Assembly (NCBI GenBank): GCA_051313645.2
Contig: JBNRSN020000002.1
Coordinates: 268,150,001-268,214,000, forward strand
Direction: 5' to 3'
DNA from: Centroscyllium fabricii
Taxonomy: Eukaryota
DNA: 64,000 nt
The translations under genes were made by a program, and so were the position numbers. The notes beneath the pieces are model-generated. The model was not told the origin of the DNA and did no database searches. It saw only the letters and a program-made list of their open reading frames with translations. Positions 1 through 11,908 of this stretch are shown here, one piece after another. Position 1 is the stretch's first letter, and each line of letters begins with the position of its first letter.

Positions 1-1553
1 CAGACGGCCTTCTCAATACCCTTGCGGTATTCCTTGCTGGCCGTCCACTGGGCAGCTGCATCTACAGGACGCTCAGCTTGTAATAGATCACAGACCCACT
101 TCTTAGCAAGGTTAACCTTATCGCAAACATATATAGATAACCTCTCTTCCATTATGGATTCTTGCTCCGTACCACGCTCTGCCTTATCAACCGCTATTGC
201 CTGGGCTCCTGGCTGTCTCCCCATTTATGTAGGGGGTTTTGGTCTGCCCAATTGCAGGGGTCTCTAGTGCCTGTTGGTGTAAGGGGCTTCTGTCTCCTTT
301 ATACCCCTTACAGCTTATGTTAGCCTGCAGGTCAGGTGTCACTAAACACCCTCTAAGGAGATAGGGAAACAACAGCTTATAGGGGAGGACTCAATACGGT
401 GGCAACCCACACAGTTTATACCTAACCTGTGGGGGTATTCTCGAGTCTGGAGTCCTCTCCCTTTTCCCTAGTCTGCTGTTCCCTGGTTTGGCGGGTTTGA
501 AGTGCCCTAATATTCTTTAAATCGACACTTGGGAGACCGTGCAGTTCGAAATGCCCCCTCCCTTTTACTCAGTTCTAATCCCGGGACTTATCCAGCGGTG
601 ATAAGACAAACGGCAGGCAGAGTCGTGGTTTCGTTACAAGAAAATTAATGGTTTTATTACAGATCTAACAAAATTACAGGTTAGAATGACTACATACATA
701 AAACAAAATTAAAGCTGTGCACTTAACGGAGGGGAGGTAATCGCACACATCGAGGGAAAATCTCTAAAATGACAATTTTAGCAATCCCCTTAAATCTCCT
801 CCCTTAAACCCAGCCTAACCTAAGATGCCTGCGGCAGTCAGAAAAATGATGCTCACCTGCAGAAAGTTGAATACTGCTGATGCCTGGCCCTGGGTTTCTG
901 GAAGTAATCTTCTAGTAAAAGGTCTTTCTTCTATACAGCCAGGTCTGGAGTCCGGCAGAGCAGGAAGCAGAGAGAGAGAGAGAGAGCGAGAGCTGGGCTC
1001 CTTCAATTATACCTCTCTGAACCTTTGAACTGGTTTGAATGTAAAATCCCAGACAAAAGGATTCAATGAAGGTTCATCCACTTTGATGGCCACTGATCAT
1101 TTTCCTGAGTGGCCATTTAACACATCCCATTGTGTTGTTCGAATTTCGATGACTTTACCTCATTATTTGATTAACACCTACTAGCCGTGATTGGCTTCCA
1201 ACTGCTGTTTCATTGTTACAGTACAGTGTTTTTGGCTTGACCCAGACTCGGAGGCTCCAGCTATATCCATATGTAAAATTGTTCCTCCGATCTGGACAGG
1301 TTTTTTCCACTGGGCCCCATTGTCTTTCTGCATATGAAAGACAGGCTTGGTTTTCGAGCCACCCGTCAGATCTTCGCATAATCCACACCGACACCGGCTG
1401 GGGACTGTTCTTTTACTTTAAGAAAAGCAGCGTTTTACTGATCGGCCATTTTTTGGACATATTATGTGTCCATTTTCTGCCCTGGGCTTCTAAAACAGTC
1501 CCGCCAGGGTCTTTACATTATTCTTCTCAACATTATATCGCCAATCTTCTACA
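1..1553 (-). mobile_element. 5' end of an LTR retroelement: long LTR (1553-228), tRNA-Arg-like PBS (223-206), start of putative gag (152 to window edge)
   Basis: LTR termini TGTAG...CTACA; PBS TGGGGAGACAGCCAGGAG differs at 2 of 18 positions from the complement of the tRNA-Arg(ACG) 3' end; open frame MEERLSIYVCDKVNLAKKWVCDLL... runs off the window. Confidence 0.65.
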
Positions 1554-1619
1554 GGGGGAACACACACAAAATGTTGTAATCCTTTCAATAGTAAGGTATT
1601 AGGTGGGGTCAGACTAAAA

Positions 1620-2069
1620 GAGAATACAAGAAGGTCTAACACAAGTTTACAGTGCATGTGTGTAAATGCGCAAAGCGTGGTTAATAATGTCCGTGCGCTG
1701 CAGGCACAAATAGCCACATGGGAATATGATGCCATGGTGATAATGGAGACCTGGCTCAAAAGAGGGCAGGATTTGGGATTCCTGGATATAAGGTGTTCAG
1801 GAAAGATTGGGAAGGAAAGAAAGGAGGTGGGGTGGCAGTATTGGTTAAGAGAATGTTACAGCGCTGGAGAGAGAGGATGTCTTGGAGGGGTCAAGGACAG
1901 AATCGATTTGGTTAAAGTTAACAAACAATTGAGGTGCCATTACACTACTAGGTGTAGTCGATAGGCTGCCAACTCGTGGGAAGGATATAGAGGAGTAAAT
2001 TTGCAGGGAAATTACAGTGAGGTGCAAGAACTATAGAATAGTAATAATGGGGGACTTCAATTAACCTGA
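1620..2069 (+). mobile_element. CR1 LINE ORF2 endonuclease fragment
   Basis: MCVNAQSVVN...IMETWLK and MGDFN motifs of the APE domain; frameshifted, and resumes briefly after the MITE. Confidence 0.8.
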
Positions 2070-2664
2070 AGGCCCTGTCACACCTAGACGTTTTAGCCAG
2101 CGTATGCAAATTTGGCTAAAACGCTGGGTTACGTCAGATACGTTATGGGTACGTTATGCATACGCTGGGCATACGCTGGGCATAAGTTGCATACGTCGTT
2201 GTACTTCGAGTAAGTCGAGATTTTTTGAGCATGCACAAAAAATCTCGACGTATCCTGCGTATGATTCACACGTTCCGCATACGCTGGCCATACGTTGTAG
2301 GCACGTTAGGCGAACGTTGAACACACTTTACCTGTGCCCCTGTCATGCCCTGTCACACCTTGACGATTTAAGCTAACGTATGCCAACGTATCAAAATTTA
2401 TCTAAAACATCGGCGATACGCTGCCGCGCGCTATGCATAAGTTAGACTATCGTTGGGCATAAGTTGTGAACGCCGACAACACGCTAAGCATTCGTTGGTA
2501 TAAGTTATCTGTAAGTTATCGATACGTTCTGTGTATGTTACTAATACGTTATGCATACGTTATGAATACGCTATTATATGCCCAAAACTGAAAAAAAGTC
2601 AAAAGTTCAGCGTTTTAGCCAAATTTGCATACGCTGGCTAAAACGTCTAGGTGTGACAGGGCCT
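2070..2664. mobile_element. Non-autonomous PIF/Harbinger-type MITE
   Basis: About 57-bp perfect TIRs AGGCCCTGTCACACCTAGACG..., TGA target duplication (2067-2069 and 2665-2667), partial internal third TIR copy near 2347. Confidence 0.85.
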
Positions 2665-2674
2665 TGACATAGAC

Positions 2675-3022
2675 CAGGAGAGACTGATAACAAACTGTTA
2701 AAGGACTCTGTATATATATATATTTTTTCTTTCTCCGCCCTCAGGCATGTTCATCCCGCCGAACTTGTTTTTAAAGAAGGGGTGAATGTGGTAACCATGT
2801 ATAACCACTGTACATAGTTGCTGGTCTACCTGTATAATATTGTAGGCCAGGTCAGCCACACCCCTAACTCCTCCCCTCAGGTCGGAGTATAAAGGTGAGT
2901 GCAGATCTGCCCCCATTCATTCTTCACCTTGACCTCATCAGGAGACCAGCTCCATTCTTAGTTAATAAAAGCCTGTAGTTTTGGTAACTACTCGTCTTTG
3001 TGTATTAATTGACGATACGTCA
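2675..3022 (+). mobile_element. 3' remnant of a short-LTR (YLDN family) Gypsy: integrase tail, PPT and LTR 2787-3022
   Basis: ERLITNC-stop resembles the end of element 57247-62218; PPT AAGAAGGGGTGAA; LTR TGTGGTAACC...GATACGTCA. Confidence 0.85.
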
Positions 3023-3988
3023 GGAGGTGTGATGATGGACGATCAGGAAGCCATCACCGACCATCAAGGTAGATGGACCACCATCGAAACCCTTTGTCTG
3101 GGGTTTCGCACCCAAACCAGAACAGTGGTGCAGAAGGGTATAACTGGGGTGCCCAACTCATCTCTCACTCTCTCTGATTCTGGCCTCTGCTCTGTCTCCA
3201 CCCCAGGCCTGGCTGTTTGTTTGCAACTAAGAAGGAAGGCCTTTTACCAGAAGTTTACCTCGACGGCAGCAGCCAGGGATCCCGCATCACGCATCAGTAG
3301 GAGCCAGTTTTTTTCCAAGGGGAGCATCATTTTCTGACTGCCACATAGACACCTTAGGCTAGGTGTAAGGGAAGGGGGTTAAGAGGATGGCTAAAATTGT
3401 CATTTTAGAGAATTTCCCTCGATATGCCCGTTCTCTCCCTCCCATTAAGTGCACAGCTGTAATTTTGTCTTATGTATGTACAATCGTTTTAACCTGTATT
3501 TTTGATAGATCTATAATAAAACCATTAATTTTCTTGGAACAAAACCACGACTCTGCCTGCCGTTTGTCTTATCACTGCTGGATAAGTCCCGGGGTCAGAA
3601 CTGAGTAAGGGGGAGTGATTCGAACCGCACTGTCTCCAAGTGTCTATTTAAAGAGTATTCTCCACACAAATTCTGGAGTTAGAACCAGATAGGGGCATTA
3701 GGGTGCTTCAAACCCACCAAACAAGGGAACAGCAGACTAGGGAAAGAGAGAGGACTCCAGGAGCACTTAGGCTCAAGAGTACCCCACAGAGTAGGTATAG
3801 ACTGTGCAGGTCACCACAGTATTTGAGTCCTCCTCTATAAGCTGTTGTTTCCGTGTCTCCTTAGAAGGTGTTTAGTGACACCCGACCTGCAGGCTAACAT
3901 AAGCTGCAAGGGTATAAAGGAGACCGAGGCCCAATACACCAACAGGCACTAAAGACCCCTGCAATTGGGCAGACCAAAACCCCCTACA
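3023..3988 (+). mobile_element. 5'-truncated LTR of the same family as 228-1553, in opposite orientation
   Basis: Collinear reverse complement of about 228-1130 (roughly 80% by eye); ends CCCCTACA with no PBS after it. Confidence 0.8.
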
Positions 3989-4619
3989 ATAGATTTCTTT
4001 ACCTTACAAGTTTTTAGATCCAACTGTGTGTCCAGTGCCACCTCATTGGATAAACCTCTCTCACCAGTGGCAGATCACTTCTGTCATCTCACCTGCAGAT
4101 GCCATCTATTCCAGCAACATCGGAGCCAATATATAACCAATCAGACCTAGTGAGATGGGGAACTGATAAAGTAGAGAGACAGGGTTGGGTGGAGGTGCAA
4201 GCTAAGTTGGTGCCCTGGGGAGGTCTCTTCCACCCTTGGAAGGGAAGAGAACCACCCTGCGTACTGTGACTCCCTTCATAAGTATATGGAGGGAGTCATT
4301 GGAGAGCCTGGATGCAAGAGTTCACCTTTGTGCAGTGATTGTCAGTGTTTTCAGCACCTCAATGCTGTCAAACACTGAAAAATCAACTGTCAATAAAAAT
4401 TGTGCATTGTCCCTTTAAGGAAACCAGCAAATGACGTGTCATCAAATAACATCATCAGGCCCGCTTCCTGTTAATTGGCCGGTAAACCCATAGGATGGGC
4501 TTAACAAGGCTAATCGAGGGAAAATCACGATTCCAGAGCAGAGGCAGCTGGGACCGGAACCCAGAAACCACCTGACATGCACCTATCCTGACACGGAGGA
4601 GAAAATCCAGGTCCTCACC

Positions 4620-6655
4620 ACTCACTGCATAAAATTTTTCCCTTAGATATCTCCTGTATCTCTTGCCCAAAACCTTAAATCTGTGTCCCTTAGTCCTTGT
4701 ACCATCAATTAGTGGGAACAGCCTTTCCCCGTCTAGCCTATCCAAACCCGTCATAATCTTGTACACCTCTATCAAATCACCCCTTAACCTCCTTTGCTCT
4801 AATGAAAACAAATCCTGCTTCTCCAGCCTGACCTTGTAGCTAAGATACCCCCATCCCCAGAACCCCCCATCCCCAGAACCATTCTGGTAAATCTCCTCTG
4901 CACCCTTTCAAGTGCCTACACATCTTTCCTAAAGTGTGACCAGAACTGGATGCAATACTCCAGTTGTGGCCTAACCAGCATTTTATAAGGATTCAGCATA
5001 ACTTCTCTACTTTTATAGTCAATACCTCTATTTATGAAGCCCATATGCTTTGTTAACCACTCTCTCAATATGTCCTGCCACCTTCACGAACCTATGCACA
5101 TTAACTCCCAGGTCCCTCTGTCCAGGCACACTCTTTAAAACTGTGCCATTAAGTGTTTATTGCCTCTCCCTGTTTCTTCTGCCAAAATGCATCACCTCAC
5201 ACTTCTCTGTATTAAATTCCATCTGCCACTTGTCTGCCCATTCTGCTAGCCTTTCTATGTCCTGTTGCAGTCGATTGGTATCATCCCCAAGTTTGGTGTC
5301 ATCGGCAAATTTAGAAATTCTACTCTGTATTCCAATATCCAGGTCATTTATATATATCAGAAAAAACAGTGGCCCCAGCTCTGGCCCTTGGGGAACACCA
5401 CTATCTACCATCCTTCAGTCTGAAACCCAGCCATTTACCAGAACTCACTGTTTTATGTCCTTATGCCAATTCCTCATCCAAGCTGCCATTGACCCATCTA
5501 TTCCATGAGCCTCAATTTTGTTTACCAGCCTTTTATGTGGTACTTTGTCAAATGCCTTCCTAAAATTCATGTAGACAACATCCATTGCATTCCCTATATC
5601 AATGCTCCCTGTTATTTCATCAATAAATTCAATTAGATTAGTCAAACATGATCTGCTTTTACAAATCAGTGTTGGCTCTCCTTAATTAGCTTAAAGCTAC
5701 CAAGTGCCCTTTAATTTTTTCCTTGATTGTTGTTTCCAAAACTTTACCCACCACTGATGTTAAACTGACCAGCCTGTTGTTACTAGTATCATCCTTACAC
5801 CCTTCTTGAACAATGGTGTTACATTTGCCACTTTCCAATCCTCAGGCACCTCTCCCGCATCTAGGGAAGATTGGAAAATTGTGGCAAGCCCTTCTGCTAT
5901 CTCCTCCCCCAATTCCCTTAGCAACCTGGGATGCAAGCCATCTGGACCAGGTGACTTATCCACTCTAAGCATACCCAGCCTTTCTAGTATATCCTGTCTA
6001 TCAATTTTCACCCCTTCCATTGCTTCTACCTTTTCCACTTCTACCAATATTTTGTCAGCATCCACCTCCTTAGTAAACACTGATACAAAGTACTCATTGA
6101 GTATTCTAGCCTTGCCCTGTGCCTCGAAACATTAATTACCTCCTTTGTCCCTAATAGGCCCCATCCCACCTCTTACTACCTGCTTACTGTTTACATGCCA
6201 GTAGAAGATTTTTGGGTTCCCTTTTATGTTAACTGCCATTCTACTCTCATATTCTCTCTTTGCCAACCTTATTTTCATCTTCACTTCCCCTCTCAACTTA
6301 TTATATTTGGCCTGGTTCTCCCTTGAAGAATTCACCTGACATTCACCATATATCCTCTTTTTTTGTTTCATCATCTTTTCTATCTCCCTCGTCATCCAAG
6401 GAGCCCTTGCTTTGGCTCCCTTACCCTTCGCTCTTGTTGGAATGTACCTAGCCTGTACTTGGAACATCTTTTCCTTAAAGATCACCCATTGTTCCGTTAC
6501 TGGTTTTCCTGTCAGTCTTTGGTTCCATTTTACCCTGGCTAGATCCCTTCGCATCCCATTGAAGTTAGCCCTGTTCCAGTTTAGAAGTTCCACTCCAGAT
6601 TGTTCTTTACTCCTCTCCATTGCTAATCTAAATCTTGTGATACAATGATCACTCC
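4620..6655 (-). mobile_element. CR1 LINE ORF2 (endonuclease end, RT, 3' part), degenerate
   Basis: SDH, KSPGPDGLHPR, VPEDWKVANVTPLFKKG, KAFDKVPH, GVPQG, KFADDTK and FSLEQRRLRGDLIEVYKI in successive broken frames. Confidence 0.93.
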
Positions 6656-6767
6656 GCACCACTGCCTTCACCACGGCTGATCCAGTGGATTCTGGCAGAA
6701 GTTGAGAGGCGGCTGTGGTAAACCACTCTATATATATATGTGTGTGTAACCAACGGCCTGTGATATT

Positions 6768-7614
6768 GGGCCAGAAATTCGGGTTTGCCGGTTGGTGGGC
6801 AACTAGGACCATGCGGAGCACTTACGAAGCCCAGCAACATCTGAGGTTTTTTTTCTCAAAATTTCTGATTGGCTCCGCCCCCTTCGTTCGCAACGTGGCA
6901 GTCCAGCCACGCTACGTGCGAAGTGTAAGCCCCGCCCACAGATCCCAAATTTAAATAAAAAACGCCCCCCAGATCCCTAATTTAAATGAACAGATCCCGA
7001 GTCGGACCTTTGTGAGAGCAGGTAAGTGCGGAGCTGCACAACAGACTCGCGGGGAGCAGCGCGGGGGCACAGCAGCTTCGCAGAGGAAGAAACGGCAGGT
7101 AAGAGAAGCCATTTTTTCCTCGTAGATTTTTAAAAAATTTAAATTAGCTAGAGAGTTAAAAATTTCAGAAATTTAACTTTAAAAATTAGCGATTTCAACC
7201 AGGTAAATTAACTTAAAATCGGATTTGTTAAATTTTTAAAAAAACTTTAACTTAAAAATTTTAACGCTACCGATCTGGCCACACTACTCCCAAAAACTGT
7301 AAAAAATTTAAATTAAAGTTAAAAAATTAACTTACCATGCTTAAGAATGTTTCTCTCTACCTCACCAACGAGTTACTCCAGCTTTTTTCAAGTGCATCTG
7401 TGGGTTCCGTTGCCCACAGAATCACTGAAAAAAATGACCCTTTTTGACCCTTTTTGAATCGGAAGTTTTGGGTGCAACTCATTCCTGGGCATCATCCTAA
7501 GGGCCCTTCTCCCTCAGCATCGGAAGTTTCGGATCCGTGGGCATCTCAGATCCATGGGCATTTTTCGTGGGCATCGCTGTGGGCATCTGCTTTAGGCATC
7601 GGAATTTCTGGCCC
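6768..7614. mobile_element. MITE, GGGCCAGAAATT-TIR family (Harbinger/PHIS-like), inserted in the 5' LTR of element A
   Basis: TIRs GGGCCAGAAATTC/GAATTTCTGGCCC; internal sequence matches 27442-28292 in reverse orientation. Confidence 0.82.
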
Positions 7615-7853
7615 AATGTATATAGTTCTTTGTATATTGCTTACCTGGGCATGCCCATGCTAGCCTCGCCTGTGACTCCTCCTCCCAGGACAGGTATATA
7701 AGCGACTGTCTCCCTCCCCCCATTCATTCTGGGAGCGGTCGACTAGCTGGTGCATGCCCAACCTTTTAGCTAATAAAAGCCTGCTGTTCACCTCGTAACT
7801 TCTCGTCTCCAAGGTCATTGATACGGTATCAATTTTATTAGCTAAATTTAACC

Positions 7854-10800
7854 ATGGAGACCATGCTCAAACCAACGATGTTCGAACTGGATCCCCAAAC
7901 ACCAGGCGCCTCCAATACTTTTACGCACTGGTTCAGCTGTTTCGAGGCGTTCCTCGCAGCCAACGCGGCGGTCGTCCGGATGGAGGAGGACAAGCGGCGC
8001 CTTCTCAATGCCCGGGTGGGCCCCCAAGTTTACTCGATAATCGCGGATGCGTCGTCCTACTTAGATGCGATCCGAATTCTGAAAGCCGAGTACAACCGGA
8101 CACCGAACCTCGTCCACGCCAGACACCTCCTGGCCACCAGAAAGCAGCAACCCGGGGAATCAAGCGTGGAGTTCCTACGAGCACTGAGAGTCCTCTGCCG
8201 GGCCTGCAACTGTAAGTCACAGACAGCCCAGGTGCACTCGGAAAGTCTCATCAGGGACGCTTATGTGACTGGCCTCAGGTCCCATTACATCCGCCAGAGA
8301 CTTTTGGAACAAAATGGCATGGACCTGCAGGCGACAGCTGACCTGGGGAACGCGCTGGACTTGGCGTCCCTTAACATGTCCTCTTACTCGGGCGACCACG
8401 CGGCCACATCGCGGACGCCGCCATCTTTGGCACAGCCGGCCGCGCCGCGACCGGCGGAAGAGATGACTGCGGCTATGCACTCGAGAGGGCCCAAATGTTA
8501 TTTCTGCAGCCAGGCCCAACATCCCAGGCGAAACTGCCCGGCAAGAGACGCGGCCTGCTCTAAGTGCGGTAAGAAAGGACATTTCGCTAAGGTCTGCAGA
8601 GCAGCGGCAATACCGCCCTCCAAACCGGGCAGCGCCGCGTGTGGGCCGTGGGGGCAGCCATCTTGGACACAGCCATGTTCATCACAGCCCGCCGCGTGGG
8701 AGCAGACGCCATCTTGGACACAGCCATCTCCATCACAGCACACCGCGTGGCGGCAGCCATCTTGGGACCAGGCCCCAGACCTCTCAACCGACTCGACCAA
8801 CCCAATACTGGCCTCCATCACACTCGACCAGAACAAGAGCCAGCTCTGAGCAGATCTATGATGATGGTGCAGGTGAATGGGCGGAGCACAGACTGCCTTT
8901 TTGACAGCGGGAGCACGGCAAGCTTCATCCATCCAGATACGGTAAAGCGCTTCTCCCTTAAAGTCATGCCGGCTAGCCAAAAATATCGATGGCATCTAAG
9001 TCCGAATCTGCGGACGCCTGCGGTCGCTGCATAGTGACCCTGACAGTGTGGGGCGTACACTTCAATAATTTTTAAGTATTCGTGCTGCCGCAGCTCTGCG
9101 CTCCCTTACTACTGGGCCTCGACTTTCAGTGCCACCTCCAGAGCATTACTATGGCGTATGGTGGGCCCCTTCCCCTGCTCACGGTCAGCAACCAGCACTC
9201 CCCGCAGTACCCACAGCGCGCTACCTGCGGCCTCTCGACCCTTAAGGTCGCCCCCCCCTCGCTCTTTGCCAACCTCACCCCGGACTGCAAGCCCGTCGCC
9301 ACCAAAAGTAGGCACTACAGTACCGGGGACAGAGACTTCATCAAGTCTGAGGTGAAGCAGCTCCTGAAGGAGGGGGTCATCGAGGCCAGTAATAGCCCCT
9401 GGAGGGCGCAGGTAGTGGTCGTGAAGACCGGAGCCAAACACCGGATGGTTGTGGACTACAGTCAGACCATCAACCGGTTTACGCAGCTAGATGCGTATCC
9501 CCTCCCCCGCATCGCGGATATGGTGAACCAGATCGCTCAGTTTCGGGTCTTCTCGACCATCGACCTGAAGTCTGCATACCACCAGCTCCCTATCCGCTCA
9601 GAGGACCGTCACTATACTGCCTTCGAGGCTGACGGCCACCTCTATCACTTCCTCAGGGTTCCGTTTGGCGTCACCAATGGGGTCTCGGTCTTCCAAAGAG
9701 AGATGGACCGAATGGTTGATCAGTACGGACTGCGGGCCACCTTTCCGTATCTTGATAATGATCTGTGGCCAAGACCAGCAGGACCATGACGCCAACCTCC
9801 AGAAATTTCTCCACACCGCCAAAATGTTAAACCTGACCTATAACACAGAAAAATGTGTGTTCAGGACAACCCGCCTTGCCATCCTCGGCAGTGTTGTGGA
9901 GAATGGGGTCATCGGTCCCGATCTGGACCGCATGCGCCCCATCCTGGAGCTCCCCCTCCCCCACTCCCTCAAGGCCCTGAAAAGGTGCCTGGGGTTCTTT
10001 TCTTACTATGCCCAGTGGGTCCCCAACTACGCGGACAAAGCCCGCCCACTACTTAAATCAACCTCCTTTCCCCTGTCGGCAGAGGCCCGCACGGCCTTCT
10101 GCGGCATAAAGAGAGACATCGCAAAGGCCACGATGCACGCTGTGGACGAGGCCGTCCCGTTCCAAGTAGAGAGCGATGCATCGGACTTTGCCCTGGCCGC
10201 CACCCTAAACCAGGCGGGCAGACCCGTGGCCTTCTTCTCACGCACTCTCCAGGGCCCCGAGACCCGTCACTCTTCCGTTGAGAAGGAGGCCCAGGCCATT
10301 GTTGAAGCAGTGTGACACTGGAAACACTACCTGGTCGGCAAAAGATTTACCCTGCTGACTGACCAACGCTCAGTCGCTTTTATGTTCAACAACAAAGAGC
10401 GGGGTAAAATCATGAACGACAAGATACTGAGGTGGAGAATTGAGCTCTCCACTTTCAATTATGATATCTTGTACCGGCCCGGGAAATTCAATGAGCCCCC
10501 AGATGCCCTATCACGCGGTACATGTGCCAGCGCACAAGTGGACCGTCTCCAAACCCTGCACAACGACCTCTGCCACCCGGGGGTCACTAGGTTGGTCCAC
10601 TTCGTTAAGTCCCGCAACCTCCCCTACTCCATCGAGGAGGTCAAGACCATGACCAGGAACTGCCAGGTCTGTGCGGAGTGCAAGCCACACTTCTTTCGGC
10701 CAGACCGGGCGCACCTGATCAAGGCCACCCGCCCCTTTCAGCGACTCAGTGTCGATTTTAAAGGGCCCCTCCCCTCATCCAACCGAAACGTGTACTTTCT

Positions 10801-11773
10801 GAACGTCATCGACAAGTACTCGCGTTTCCCCTTCGCCATCCCCTGCCCGGACATGACCTCTGCCACCGTCATCAGGGCCCTCCACAGCATTTTCTCCCTG
10901 TTCGGCTACCCCAGCTACATCCATAGCGACTGGGGGGCCTCTTTCATGAGTGACGAGCTGCGTAAGTTCCTGCTAGCCAAAGGCATCGCTACTAGCAGGA
11001 CTACCAGCTATAACCCCCGGGGGAACGGACAGGTAGAGAGGGAGAACGCCACCACCTGGAAGGCCATCCTGTTAGCCCTACGGTCTGAAGGCCTCCCAGT
11101 CTCCCGCTGGCAGGACGTCCTCCCCGAAGTGCTCCACTCCATCCGGTCACTCCTTTGTACGGCCACTAATGCCACCCCTCACGAGCGACTTTTTGCCTTC
11201 CCTAGGAAGTCGGCTTCCGGGACCTCGCTGCCGTCATGGCTATCGTCCCCAGGACCAGTCCTACTCCGGAAGCACGTGAGGGGCCACAAGTCGGACCCCC
11301 TGGTCGAACGGGTCCACCTCCTGCACGCCAAACCCCAGTACGCCTACGTGGCGTACCCTGATGGGAGGGAGGACACAGTGTCCATCAAAGACCTGGCACC
11401 AGCGGGTGCCCCCGAGACCAGCCCTGCCCAACAGCCCACGCCCCCACGCCTGCCTGCCACTCCCTCCGGGCCACCGGCACCACGGTACACCGCTCAGCAC
11501 GAGGCTCCAGCGCCACGGTACGCCCACCCAGCACCTGCAGGCAGCACAGCATGGCCCCCGGCATGGCTCCCTAGTGCACGCGCCCAAGAGTCGGATGACG
11601 AATGGGAGAGCGCGCCACTAACCGTTACCGCAAGGGCACCAACGATGAACCAAATGCCCACGCCGACCTCGCTGCTACCGACTCAACAGCCAACTGTGCG
11701 CCCGCCGACTCCACCACCAGCGGTGCGCCGATCAACCAGACAAACCAGGCCACCCGACAGGCTGGACTTATAA
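7854..11773 (+). pseudogene. Element A gag (two zinc knuckles)-protease-RT-RNase H-integrase, disrupted
   Basis: CYFC..H....C and CSKCGKKGHFAKVC; LFDSGS; YPLPRI, RVPFGVTNG, YLDN; VESDASD; HxxxxH..CQVC, DFKGP, NGQVER; about five frameshifts or stops. Confidence 0.92.
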
Positions 11774-11908
11774 AAATAATTTTAAAAACTGTCGCATTCG
11801 CCCCGCCGGACTTTTGTTTTAAAGAAGGTGTGAATGTGGTAAATCACTCTGTAATATATATATGTATATATCGCTGTAACCATCTTAACCATGTTGTACA
11901 TAGTTCAC

